A DNA stretch of 63,978 nt, filler included, from Octopus bimaculoides (Eukaryota), in assembly GCF_001194135.2 (NCBI RefSeq). It is 9 parts of 9 records of this genome, joined end to end, with 100 filler letters (N's around TTAATTAATTAA, not from the genome) between each part and the next. Parts side by side here need not be neighbours in the genome. Positions count along the whole stretch, not along the records: positions 1 to 27,487 come from NC_068983.1; 8 more parts are not named here. One strand, given 5' to 3'. Positions 12,738 through 25,741 of this stretch are shown in pieces. The position numbers and the translations under genes are program-made. The notes beneath the pieces were generated by a model. It saw nothing but the letters and a program-made list of their open reading frames with translations, was not told the DNA's origin and made no database searches. Each line of letters opens with the position of its first letter. Positions within the stretch are counted from its first letter, which is position 1.

Positions 12738-13120
12738 NNNNNNNNNNNNNNNNNNNNNNNNNNNNNNNNNNNNNNNNNNNNNNNNNNNNNNNNNNNNNNN
12801 NNNNNNNNNNNNNNNNNNNNNNNNNNNNNNNNNNNNNNNNNNNNNNNNNNNNNNNNNNNNNNNNNNNNNNNNNNNNNNTATATATATATATATACACATA
12901 CATATATATATATATGCCGTTTGTCCCTTGCAGACGTACTTCATCTCACTTTTATAACTTCACACGCTTATTCAGCCTTCTAATACGTTTTCGAACTGCT
13001 AATATTTTGTTTCCACACAATTTATTTTAAGGTCTACTTAAAGTCTGGGTCTCTAGCTCTGTCAGTATGTTCCGCAGCTGATCTGAGGTGCCTACCATGA
13101 GCGTGATTCCGTTTGTTATA
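12145..13120 (-). mobile_element. RTE-clade LINE 3' portion, heavily decayed, split by (CA)n and a gap
   Basis: Minus strand CGCAAGTTCCGCTGAGCTGAACGTTTCACAAGGTTCACAGGCAACAGG resembles the RTE RKLRWAGHVARFTDNRW motif; the upstream part resembles the RT Q-L-x-x-x-L-x-E-L...GLKIN region. Confidence 0.6.
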
Positions 13121-13314
13121 TTTCGGAATATAGTAATCTATATCGTTTTGTTTAACCTTATTTCACTTACAAATGTGAACTTTTCCCTGTATTTCAGAGC
13201 AACTAACAATGTGGGTAATATCTTTTACACACACACATGCGATAATACATAATCGTCATGTTGGAATAGCTTGGAGGTTCTCCGACGCTTGAAACATATT
13301 TGTGTTTCTATATA

Positions 13315-13350
<36 letters not shown>

Positions 13351-14842
13351 TATATATACAGTTATATATGCATGTATGTATGTATGTATGTATGTGTGTG
13401 AGTTTTGTGTGTGCGTGCGTGTATATACATATATGTATAAGCGGAGATATGCTTGCATGATTGGTTATATATATGTACAGGTGCTAAGGTTTCTTTTAAA
13501 AAGCACATTAGCACATATGAGCGTAAATGTAATCAACACAACTATTTGCCAGTCTCCCTTCCTTAAATCATTCAGGTAATATATTATATGTTTCAGAAGC
13601 AATTTGAAAACCCGCCTCTTGCCCGTAAATTTGCCTGTATTTCTACATAAATCTGCACACATATCTAGAATTGTAACTATAATTTTCCCGACGTATAAAC
13701 GCCCAGCAATACGTGATGCCGCTCACTGGCCTATGAAAACAAAGAAGAAAATTATGCGCAATAAATCACTAAAATCAAATAAACAGCTATTATGTTTTGT
13801 TTTCAATCTTTAATTTTTTTTTCTCTTTATATCACGTGCATTTCATTTGGCAAGGGAAGTTACGTAACCAAATTAATAAGGTGGAGAATGGAAAATTCCA
13901 AATCAAAAAGAACACTTTAAATACAGACTGTAAGAAACTAAGCATAATTTCCCTGTTTTTTGTGTAGGAAAGGTTATAATGAAGTGAGGTTAAGTTACTG
14001 ACTTGAGCCTAAATTTACCAAAGCGACGGTCTTTATGAGGTGGGAAATTTATTGTTTTTCATGATCTGCATTCATAAAATAACATAAGTATTAGAGACAG
14101 TTTAAAGTGTTGCTCGTTAATTTGGTTATCAAAATTATTCGCCATGACAAGTTGTTATAACGTCGTGTATAATTTGTGCCTGATTTTATCTGGCTACTTC
14201 TTCCACACCATAACAGTCAAATTCCATTCCCTTCCATTCTTTATAAAAGACACCTTCTATAGTATTATTTAAATTTTTCTAGAAGCAGCCAACAAGATGC
14301 CATCCTTTTTCTTAAAGCCCAGTGCCTACTCTGTAATTTTGTTCTATTATATATTCAAAATGTTATGCACATCATCATATACGTTCAATAAATAAATAAA
14401 GTATGAGTTATACACTTTAGAATAACGATAAGCTGCTGGTTAGTGGACGCCACAACACATGCTCGGTCTCTATTTCAAGCTGATTTTCTTCATATGCATT
14501 ATATCCCATTTCATACACTTTTCATTACTTCTGTTTTATATAGGAATCTATATTATAATCATTTGCTCGCATCATTTGTCTTCAACTAATAAGAAGTGTT
14601 CGCTATTAATTATGACAATACCAAGCCATACTTATTATTTATTAAAAATGTTATTCTTTTTTGATCTCAGTTAAGAGCCACAAGAATCCATAGCCTTGTA
14701 ACCCACATTTGGTTTTTCCAGATGCTAAACAGATGAGCCATAAATCTCTGCCTACCTAAGGATAGGAGTGAAGGTTCGCAACACCTAAAAGCTAAATTAT
14801 ATAGCTAGGCATGTGTAAATACAGTGGATTTAGCATATGCAG

Positions 14843-14966
<124 letters not shown>

Positions 14967-15550
14967 TCATTCAGTTTTATTTCAAAATGTCTGGTCGATA
15001 GAGAAAGAATCAGTTTCTAACCTAGATCCAAGTCTCCTTCATATCGGTGTATTCAGGTCTTCTCAAGCTAGGCCTGCCACTTTTAAGTCACCAGGCCAAA
15101 GAACTTTTATACGAATAGATGACGATTCGTTGTTAGCTTCGTTTATAATCTTACTTTTGTATATTTTTAATATCAATAAAAATTTCTTGGTTTGTATTTA
15201 AAATTGTAATGTTAAGTCGCATTCTTTATCAGGTAAACATTTAATTTAGAAATTGATTTGGACGTTAAATTTTTGTATTACTTCCTGACTATAGTTGTTC
15301 ATTTTTCATATCTGTTGCCTTCAAACATGGATAAAGCAAGATGTTTCATGATAGTCTATATCCATTTCGTTTTATCATCAGATCTGAATCTATTCTCAAT
15401 GTACTATGATTTTATCCTTTTGCTCTGTCGAAATTAAATTGTATACTATGTTTTGATAGAAACTCGTGTAGAAAATAAGCCAAATGCTTAAAGCAATTAT
15501 CAAGTTTTTTATTCCAACCTCTCGGTAGATAATATTTGCTACTATTGTTT

Positions 15551-15665
15551 AGGCGGCGAGCAGGCAGAGTCGCTGCCGTGCCGAGAAAAATGCTTAGCGG
15601 CATTTCTTCCGACTTTACGTTCTGGGTTCAAATACCACCGAGGTCGACTTTGCCTTTCATCCTTA
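15551..15665 (+). mobile_element. SINE family A, 5' half
   Basis: AGGCGGCGAGCAGGCAGAG...GGTTCAAATACCACCGAGGTCGACTTTGCCTTTCATCC. Confidence 0.8.
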
Positions 15666-16202
15666 TCAACTTTTCCAATCTATTGAAGTCACATCTTCAG
15701 GAAGTGGATTGACTTTGGCTTCTGTGATGCACTTGTAATTGTGGATAGTTTATGCTCATTCAAACTTCCACACCAGAATTTGACTGTTAGAATGCTCTAC
15801 ATCATCGAATTAACATTTGTAACCCCTGAATGTTATACGCTAACTATAGCTTTGTGTTGCGATATGCATATACCTTCTCTAATGAATTATTTTTTACCGA
15901 GGATGAAGCAAAGATTTAGAAACTTTATTGTTCCAAACAAAATAAAAGGGGCTGACACACAGATGAGATAAAACGTCAATAACAATAGATTAAATTAGAA
16001 CACGGTCGTCTTTTTAATATAACATGTTTCAGAGAAAAAAAATGCTGTTACCCAGAGATACATACATACTTACCCACACACACAGATGATACGTACGCGC
16101 GTGCGCGTATGCGCGCACACACACACACACACTCGCACACACAATCACACTCGCATACACATACACACACACAGAGTTACATATGAATAGCTAGCTAGTT
16201 AG

Positions 16203-16279
<77 letters not shown>

Positions 16280-17322
16280 GAGACTACCGATTCTTTCGGT
16301 AAGTAATAATCCGGTACTTCTTTTAATTCGGGCATAATTATATGAGGACACTTAAATTTCTTTTGATCATTGTCAACTTCGTTCACGGCATACATNNNNN
16401 NNNNNNNNNNNNNNNNNNNNNNNNNNNNNNNNNNNNNNNNNNNNNNNNNNNNNNNNNNNNNNNNNNNNNNNNNNNNNNNNNNNNNNNNNNNNNNNNNNNN
16501 NNNNNNNNNNNNNNNNNNNNNNNNNNNNNNNNNNNNNNNNNNNNNNNNNNNNNNNNNNNNNNNNNNNNNNNNNNNNNNNNNNNNNNNNNNNNNNNNNNNN
16601 NNNNNNNNNNNNNNNNNNNNNNNNNNNNNNNNNNNNNNNNNNNNNNNNNNNNNNNNNNNNNNNNNNNNNNNNNNNNNNNNNNNNNNNNNNNNNNNNNNNN
16701 NNNNNNNNNNNNNNNNNNNNNNNNNNNNNNNNNNNNNNNNNNNNNNNNNNNNNNNNNNNNNNNNNNNNNNNNNNNNNNNNNNNNNNNNNNNNNNNNNNNN
16801 NNNNNNNNNNNNNNNNNNNNNNNNNNNNNNNNNNNNNNNNNNNNNNNNNNNNNNNNNNNNNNNNNNNNNNNNNNNNNNNNNNNNNNNNNNNNNNNNNNNN
16901 NNNNNNNNNNNNNNNNNNNNNNNNNNNNNNNNNNNNNNNNNNNNNNNNNNNNNNNNNNNNNNNNNNNNNNNNNNNNNNNNNNNNNNNNNNNNNNNNNNNN
17001 NNNNNNNNNNNNNNNNNNNNNNNNNNNNNNNNNNNNNNNNNNNNNNNNNNNNNNNNNNNNNNNNNNNNNNNNNNNNNNNNNNNNNNNNNNNNNNNNNNNN
17101 NNNNNNNNNNNNNNNNNNNNNNNNNNNNNNNNNNNNNNNNNNNNNNNNNNNNNNNNNNNNNNNNNNNNNNNNNNNNNNNNNNNNNNNNNNNNNNNNNNNN
17201 NNNNNNNNNNNNNNNNNNNNNNNNNNNNNNNNNNNNNNNNNNNNNNNNNNNNNNNNNNNNNNNNNNNNNNNNNNNNNNNNNNNNNNNNNNNNNNNNNNNN
17301 NNNNNNNNNNNNNNNNNNNNNN

Positions 17323-17394
<72 letters not shown>

Positions 17395-17774
17395 TAAATA
17401 TATATATATATGCATTACAAATATATATGTATATGTATGTCTATATGTATGCATTGGATACACACATACATATGCACACGTGATCTTTTAATGAGAAAAT
17501 GATGATATTGCTAAAGTGACTGCTTTTACAACTTTCACTTGCACAGCTTCCGTCATAAAATAACCAACAATTGCAGTCTTTAAACACATCATAATAAAGA
17601 TGTCATTAACCAAACTTTTAGTGGCTTCAAAACTGCATTACATGAAAACAATACATGTGAGAAAAATTAGGAGATTCAATTATTCTTTTTATGTTGCCAT
17701 TTACTTTCCCGTTGTCTTTTTCATTCATTCATTCATTCATTCTCTGTGTGTGATGTGTGTGTGAGTGTGTTTGT

Positions 17775-17905
17775 GAAAGTGTGTGAGAGAGACAGAGAAA
17801 AACAGAGAGAGAAAGACAGAGAGAGAAAGACAGAGAGAGAAAGACAGAGAGAGAAAGACAGAGAGAGAAAGACAGAGAGAGAGAGAGAAAGATAGAGAGA
17901 GAGAG
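17775..17905. repeat. (GAGAAAGACAGAGA)n compound AG minisatellite
   Basis: Directly visible ~14-bp period. Confidence 0.85.
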
Positions 17906-18170
17906 TTTTGTTTCAGTCACTTGACTGTGGCCATACTGGGGCAACACTTTGAATGTTTTAGTTAAAAAGTTTAACCCCAGTTTGTCTTTTTTGTCAAGTA
18001 CTTATTCTATTGTTCTCTCTTACCCAATCACTTACTTACAGAGATGTAAACAAACCAGCACCGGTTGCCCTATGATGGTGGGGGGGGGGCAAACACAAAA
18101 ATGCGCACACATATATGTTTATGACGGGCTTCTAAACAGTTTTCGTCTACCAAATTTTCTCACAAAGGCT
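17906..18170 (-). mobile_element. SINE family C copy (decayed)
   Basis: GTTTCAGTCACTTGACTGTGGCCATACTGG...GACGGGCTTCTAAACAGTTTTCGTCTACCAAA. Confidence 0.7.
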
Positions 18171-18827
18171 ACAGTAGAAATCACTTATCTAAGGAGCCGT
18201 GGACTGATCCCGAAATCCCTTGTTTTGCAAAAAGAGCTTCTTAATCACACAGATTTTGTATTTAGTTTGNNNNNNNNNNNNNNNNNNNNNNNNNNNNNNN
18301 NNNNNNNNNNNNNNNNNNNNNNNNNNNNNNNNNNNNNNNNNNNNNNNNNNNNNNNNNNNNNNNNNNNNNNNNNNNNNNNNNNNNNNNNNNNNNNNNNNNN
18401 NNNNNNNNNNNNNNNNNNNNNNNNNNNNNNNNNNNNNNNNNNNNNNNNNNNNNNNNNNNNNNNNNNNNNNNNNNNNNNNNNNNNNNNNNNNNNNNNNNNN
18501 NNNNNNNNNNNNNNNNNNNNNNNNNNNNNNNNNNNNNNNNNNNNNNNNNNNNNNNNNNNNNNNNNNNNNNNNNNNNNNNNNNNNNNNNNNNNNNNNNNNN
18601 NNNNNNNNNNNNNNNNNNNNNNNNNNNNNNNNNNNNNNNNNNNNNNNNNNNNNNNNNNNNNNNNNNNNNNNNNNNNNAAATTCCAAGGAAAGGACTTATA
18701 GTTGATACATCAAAACACTCAAAAGGTTTGCTATAAAGCGTCCTTGGAACGCACAATAAACTGTATCCTCAAATTTTCACGTACACACCTGTAAAAATGA
18801 ACAGACCGGAGATTATTATAAAGGACA

Positions 18828-19005
18828 AGAAGCTGGCAAGCCGCCAGAATCGTTAGATCGTCGGAGAAAATGCTTAGCGGCATTTGTTCCGGGTCTTTAC
18901 ATTTTTAAATCAAATTCTACCGTGGTCGACTTTGTCTTTCATGATTTCGGGGTCGCTAAAACAAGGACCAGTTGAATACTGGGATGGATGTAATTGACTG
19001 CCTCT
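18828..19005 (+). mobile_element. SINE family A copy (decayed)
   Basis: AAATGCTTAGCGGCATTT...GTGGTCGACTTTGTCTTTCATGATTTCGGGGTCG. Confidence 0.75.
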
Positions 19006-20458
19006 ACAAAAAAAAAAAAAAAAAATTAATTTGAGGATTTGTTCTTATAGTGGAAAAAATAATAGTAATGATGTATGTGATGATGATGATGATTCTTTTA
19101 TTTGCCACTGGGGTATCAGATGAGGTGGTTATTACAAAGACAGTTTACAATTTGTGTGGGTATTTACATAAAATTGATGGGCGGAAAAGACTGCGAAATG
19201 AGACAGAAATATACATAATATACAAAGTATTTGCACTCATGGATGATGCAGTCCTCCTAATGCAGGAGAACCGTGAATTAGGGCTAATGAAGGAACCCCA
19301 CAGATCCAGGATTACTTTGATCACTAAAGGCATAAACCCTCACCTAACTGCTGTTTCTCCAATCTAAAGGCATCTCCTCACAGTAGGTTTATTCACCTTA
19401 AACAGTTTTGCCACAGTCACCCACCATTTAACAAATTTTAAGCGTCTCTCTAATGTTGTTATGTAACGTTTATATCTTCTGATCGCGGAAGTGTTTCATT
19501 TAAAAGCACTGCATACATTCTCCAAGTATGAATGAAGTGTTTGCAGGGTTAAATTGTTTCAGTTATTTTATATGTATATGCCTTAACCTGCAGTGTTCAA
19601 TGTCCACCAGTCAGTTTTGTGGTATATATATTCTCATATTCCCAAATAACTTTGTTTTCATTGCAGTGTAACATTAAATAACAAACACGAATTAGGTGCT
19701 AGGCCTTACCCAACGAGAAACTGCATCTGTATGATGTATGAGCTATGTGAGCTATAGGAGTTTTGGCTATAAATAACAGCGCTCAACCCGGTAATTATCT
19801 TCGCACATTCCTTCACACATATGTGTGGTTGGGTGAATGTAGGTGGGTATGTGAATGTGTATCTGTGTTATTATGCGAGCGTTTGTGTCTGTATGAGTAC
19901 GTGTGTGTTTCTGAGTAACCATACCTTCAGGAATAGCAACATGTCCAGACATATACAGTTATATGTGTGTGCGTGTTTGTGTGGGTGTGCACGCGTGCGC
20001 GCGTGGGTTTGCATGTGTGAGTGTACCTATGTATGTGTGTGTATATGTGTATTTGTGTGTGTGCACTTATGTATATGTGTATGTATGTATGTATGTGTGT
20101 ATATGTATTTATGTGTATATTTGTATGATCAGCATTACCACATTGCAATGGGTTTACTTCCATCACATTTCGAAGAAAATTTTTATTTGGTCTTAGAAAA
20201 TGAGATTTTAAATTTATTCCTGTGTGTATGTGTGCATGTTTGTGTGTGTGTACGTGCGTGTCTGTGCGTGTGTGTGTGTGTGTGTACGCGTGTGTGTAGG
20301 TGTGTGATGAAGGTGCGAGGCCTAATGGTTATGGTATTCGTCTCATGGTCATAAGAGTGTGTGTTCAATTTCTGGACACCTCAGTGCGTTATGTCCTTGG
20401 GAAAGGTACTTAATTTCACGGAAATGTGTACCAACCACGCTGTGGTGCAACGCTTCAC

Positions 20459-20595
20459 CCAGCGGTTACATCCTGCTTCGTTGGGTCGAAGGTGACAGAA
20501 ACGAGAGAAACCCCTATGTTTGCTTGCTCGCAGCAACATAGAAGTTCTCTCGTTTCTGTCACCTTCGACCCAACGAAGCAGGATTTAACTGCTGG
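20459..20595. repeat. Long inverted repeat / fold-back (arms about 65 bp, 7-nt loop)
   Basis: CCAGCGGTTACATCCTGCTTCGTTGGGTCGAAGGTGACAGAAACGAGAGAA matches the reverse complement of the right arm with 2 mismatches over 51 bp. Confidence 0.95.
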
Positions 20596-20731
20596 TTGGT
20601 GTGTTGCCCAAGGACATGACGCACCGAGCAATCAGCAAAAGCATGATACAAACTATCCAGTCAAAATCGCTTGCGATTATGAGCTGTGGGTCTTATGCAG
20701 TTATATATATATATATATATATATATATTGA

Positions 20732-20783
<52 letters not shown>

Positions 20784-21337
20784 CNNNNNNNNNNNNNNNN
20801 NNNNNNNNNNNNNNNNNNNNNNNNNNNNNNNNNNNNNNNNNNNNNNNNNNNNNNNNNNNNNNNNNNNNNNNNNNNNNNNNNNNNNNNNNNNNNNNNNNNN
20901 NNNNNNNNNNNNNNNNNNNNNNNNNNNNNNNNNNNNNNNNNNNNNNNNNNNNNNNNNNNNNNNNNNNNNNNNNNNNNNNNNNNNNNNNNNNNNNNNNNNN
21001 NNNNNNNNNNNNNNNNNNNNNNNNNNNNNNNNNNNNNNNNNNNNNNNNNNNNNNNNNNNNNNNNNNNNNNNNNNNNNNNNNNNNNNNNNNNNNNNNNNNN
21101 NNNNNNNNNNNNNNNNNNNNNNNNNNNNNNNNNNNNNNNNNNNNNNNNNNNNNNNNNNNNNNNNNNNNNNNNNNNNNNNNNNNNNNNNNNNNNNNNNNNN
21201 NNNNNNNNNNNNNNNNNNNNNNNNNNNNNNNNNNNNNNNNNNNNNNNNNNNNNNNNNNNNNNNNNNNNNNNNNNNNNNNTATATATATACTGTTGTGTCT
21301 GGGGAGAGTCATTTTCTTTTTGTGCCTTATAATTTAA

Positions 21338-21435
21338 TACACTCACCGGTAAAATTTCCACTTGTTTCTTATTTATATTTTCCTAAAATTTTCGTTGCGT
21401 CTCGCAACCTTTTCAATAGTCTTGACTGTGTCCGT
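21338..21435. repeat. Unclassified dispersed repeat starting TA-CACTCACCGGTAAAATTTCC (second copy 60068-60163)
   Basis: About 97 bp of high identity between two different segments. Confidence 0.8.
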
Positions 21436-21489
21436 TATTTACACTGCGTTCCTTTTTGTTTGTGCGCATGTGTGTGGGTCAGTGTGTAT

Positions 21490-22004
21490 GTAATGGATAA
21501 TCTCTTCCCAGTTTCACCAAACGCACAACATCGTTTTACGCGGATGAAGTTCTTCTTTCACGCGGTGTCGCTTGTTTACCGGGGCTAAGCCATTCCTTAC
21601 GCTGCTTCATATTGATGTACAGGCATCATTTTTCGTCGCCAGTAACAATTCGGTAAAGAAATCGTTACTTTTGTCCATGAGGTGATGAGCAAGCAAACCA
21701 GCGGAGATTGTGGCTCGTTGATTTTTGTTGTTTTCACTTAAGGCATGCGGAACCCATGCTCCATACTTCTGAACCTTTCCCATCGAGTGAAGATGCTTCT
21801 CTATAGCAGTGTGGGAGCATTCCATTCTCTCTGCCAGTTCCCTTGTCGTTTGACGAGAATTTTAGTGCAAAAGTTGGTTTAATCGCTCTTCATCGAACTC
21901 AACTGGACGGCCAGAACGAGGTGCGTCTTTGAGGTCAAAATTTCCATTTTTGAACTTGGCATACCAATCACGAGTGGTTCTTTCAACTATGGCACCCTCT
22001 CCAT
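21490..22004 (-). mobile_element. Mariner transposase fragment, decayed
   Basis: GEGAIVERTTRDWYAKFKNGNFDLKDAPRSGRP...MGKVQKYGAWVPHALSENNKNQR...FLYRIVTGDEK*CLYINMKQRKEWLSPGKQATPR...HPRKTMLCVW*NW; 5' end lost in a gap. Confidence 0.92.
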
Positions 22005-22489
22005 NNNNNNNNNNNNNNNNNNNNNNNNNNNNNNNNNNNNNNNNNNNNNNNNNNNNNNNNNNNNNNNNNNNNNNNNNNNNNNNNNNNNNNNNNNNNNNNN
22101 NNNNNNNNNNNNNNNNNNNNNNNNNNNNNNNNNNNNNNNNNNNNNNNNNNNNNNNNNNNNNNNNNNNNNNNNNNNNNNNNNNNNNNNNNNNNNNNNNNNN
22201 NNNNNNNNNNNNNNNNNNNNNNNNNNNNNNNNNNNNNNNNNNNNNNNNNNNNNNNNNNNNNNNNNNNNNNNNNNNNNNNNNNNNNNNNNNNNNNNNNNNN
22301 NNNNNNNNNNNNNNNNNNNNNNNNNNNNNNNNNNNNNNNNNNNNNNNNNNNNNNNNNNNNNNNNNNNNNNNNNNNNNNNNNNNNNNNNNNNNNNNNNNNN
22401 NNNNNNNATATATATATACACACGCAGAGAGGTGGAGTTTAAAAATCTAGAAGCAAAAAGATATTTGCCGCAAGTCTTTACTCTATTGC

Positions 22490-22525
<36 letters not shown>

Positions 22526-23859
22526 GTGTGCGTGCGTGTGTATGTGCGTACGCACGCACACGCACAAATACAATAATAGGACAAAAGGGATTAAAAAATC
22601 CAGGTATTAATAAAGCACTGTTTTAAACAATTAGACACCAATAAATGCAAGTAGAATACACATCCAAGGTAATTCATCATGTATGACAAATATCATTTAA
22701 AAGAATTTCGAGAAATTCAGAGTACTAGACACCAAAAATACATATAGAGAAAATCACATCTTCGCCTTACAAAGCCAACAATTGATTCTGTTGTATTAAC
22801 ATATTTAGATATCGAAAATATTGAAATTAATATTTCCGAAAATACATGGTAACACAACGTTTTCAAGGAGAGGTAAAATTAGTTAAATTCAAAGTGAACT
22901 AAGGAAATATTTCCAGTACACAGACGCATTACAAAACGAACGCTAAGAAGAAATATAATCTAAGAAAAGCTATTTTTGTTTTTAACTATTGGCGACCCCA
23001 ATGGATAATTTCAATGATATTTTCTACATCTAAATATATTAATACAGAAACAATCGTCGGCTTTGTGAGATGAATTCTACAACTGAAGATGTGATTTTCA
23101 CGATACGTATTTTTGTTATATCTATATATATATATATATGAAAAATGTAACATCCATATAAGTATGCAGGGTTATGACATGTTCATTCATTTCCGGTAGC
23201 TCAGTTGCTCGATTTTGTCTATGTTACGTCGCATTCATATACCACTGAGATCATAGACGAAGTTACTGAACAGGATTAGTATATATGTGTGTATGTGTAC
23301 ATACATAAGTGTATATTATATAAACATGTATTTATTTATCTATTCATAACACAGACACAAAGATACGCGCGCGCATATGCATATATATATATATATTAGT
23401 AAAAAGTAGGGGATTACCCCCAAAACAAGTACCGGTTTGTTTCCAGATAGGTATTCAAAATGTTATTCAACAGTTAAGATATAAATCCAATAAGGTTCTC
23501 GTAAGATTAGAAATTCAAGGAGTCTTCCGTTGGATTATCCTGAATATATATATTTCCTTAACCATACAGGTTAAGAGGAATTTTACAGGATTTTCACATC
23601 CAAGGATAATGTAATAAATTCTAGACAGGAACAAGCATTAAGATGCTTACATATGAGGAAATTTTCATTTGCAAAAGTATAAAGGAATAATTTTCATTTG
23701 AACTATACAAGCTTTCGAAATGATGGACTGGAAGAACTTGGAAGACAGTAAGAACTTGAAATACAGATTATACGCGTCTGACTTAACAAACACCTCTACA
23801 TTATACAACGCAGAGTTTATAAAAGAAAATCATTAAACGGCCATATCGAGGATATCAAG

Positions 23860-23950
23860 TTAAGACCCTGAAGAGACTGGATCGATTTATAGCAGGGTTG
23901 CAATTGCAACGTTTACTAATCGGTGCAGTTGAAACATATGTTGGTTTTAA
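23860..23950 (+). ncRNA. Type I minimal hammerhead ribozyme fold (Penelope-associated type) with long stem II
   Basis: Stem I TTAAGACC/GGTTTTAA; core CTGAAGA at 23868-23874; stem II 23875-23930; GAAAC at 23931; palindromic stem III ACATATGT; GTT cleavage triplet. Confidence 0.75.
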
Positions 23951-24384
23951 AGGCGGTGTGTGATTATCAAATTAAAGGTAATGCTATTGCTACTTCGGAG
24001 TAATCCTTAGTTTTATATTGTCAATATATATATATATATATATATAGTGTTTGTAAATTTATAGTTAAGGCCTTGCATTAAATGGTTACGTTTCAGTACG
24101 TTCTGATTTCAAAACCTCCGGACTTTGCGTGCCTTTGACTATTCTGAGTTCGATCAAATGCGTACCAATGAAGTATCGAGTCAATTCGAACAGCTATGCT
24201 CTTTCACTACATATGTTTAATCCTATTTCAAAGGTAGATAATATCCGCATAAATACACTCGCATAACATAACGAACACATGAAGCTGAATTTAGCTCTGA
24301 TGGAATTAATAGTGTTTATGGAATAGTGGCTGAATCTCACCTTTACATAGGTTTATCAAAATCGAAACATTCATCAATAGCTTT

Positions 24385-25360
24385 ATCATAATTACAAGGG
24401 ACCTGGTCAGCTTATTTGATAGCAAACCAGGTCTTCATGACTTAAGCATTGCCTCCTACAAATGGCACACGTGAAAATCAATACTCCTTCATTTTTTACT
24501 GGTTCATTATTTGCAGATGTTACCAAAATAGACGCAGCTGATGTTCGCTTTGAACATCTGCACGTGGGAGGGAATTCCAGCAGATTGAATTTTCGGGGAT
24601 TAAAGACTGCGTTAAAGGTTTGTTTAGTGGAGTATAGAAGAGATGAGACACTACAGAGATGAGAAGAGACGGATATATGAGTGTATCAGTTGAGCATTGG
24701 TGGAAGAGATATGTAAAAAGAGTTCTGAGCATCGTAGTGGTTCTAGAAGAGGCAGACAAAAGGAATAACGCGTTTTTGAGTCAGTGATTGAAGATGAGGG
24801 AGAGCGAATATTTGCCAATATTCTTTGTAATGTGGCTTGGGATGTTTCCCCGAGAATTATCAGATATGTGAACAGAGTATGTTTTAGTTTATCTTCGTAG
24901 ATATTAGTAACCGATTTGTGTTTTCATATGTTCTGATGTTAAGCAAGATCCTCGTCTTTGAATATATTTTTCGCAGTTTTATGTGAACTCACCATGAGAG
25001 ATCATAAGAGATTATGAGGCTCATTGTTTGCGTGGCAACGAGCTTGGAGTAAGTTTCATGTATTAGGGTTGTGTCTGTTGTGTAATATTTCCTCTTTCAG
25101 GCGGATAGGTGCTCTTTAGCTTTGGTTGGCGCACTAAAAAATGAATAATTCTTACAACAGGGTCTTATGTTCGTCGTGCTCCAAGTCTGTGGGTTTCATG
25201 ATCTTGGTGTCATCGGTAAGATTAAGAAGTGTCATTGGTTCTGCACACACCTTCTCCACTATAAACAAATCAAGCGTAGGTAACTCAGTGGTTCAGTTCG
25301 TACTTAATGCGATGCAAAATATGTTACTGAAGACGCTAGTATTATGTAATTGACAGAGTA
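24385..25360 (-). mobile_element. CR1/L2-like LINE RT and 3' end, heavily decayed
   Basis: Minus strand NKPLTQSLIPENSICWNSLP resembles the CR1-group S-F-x-P-R-T-x-x-L-W-N-S-L-P motif; an upstream xTDDTKI remnant resembles the YADD region. Confidence 0.5.
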
Positions 25361-25653
25361 GCTGTACTTTCTTGTACCGGGATCGATAAGAAAGTCTACC
25401 ATTTTTTGAGGTTGAAGTGGAGTTGCCTCCCGAATCGAGAATAATAAAACTGCTTCTATTATGCATGTTGTCATGAGTGGACAGAACAACAGTATATCTA
25501 CTCATGTACTAAAAGAGTTCACAAATAGATCTGCAATATAAGATACTAAAAATACATTCAATTTATGCAATAGTAAAATCAATAATATCGATCTTTCATC
25601 ATAATTTATGCAACGGTATTACATGATCTTCACCTCCATCCTCCATACAGTAT

Positions 25654-25657
25654 CATC

Positions 25658-25741
<84 letters not shown>
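25654..25741. repeat. (CAT)n microsatellite
   Basis: Directly visible. Confidence 0.95.

Noticed and set aside
16290-16395. Open minus frame YAVNEVDNDQKKFKCPHIIMPELKEVPDYYLPKES
   Set aside because: Only about 35 codons, bounded by a gap and (AG)n, weak donor, no recognisable family
19050-19367. 105-aa ORF containing LMDD, as an RT fragment
   Set aside because: No other RT motifs around it; begins in an (ATG)n microsatellite
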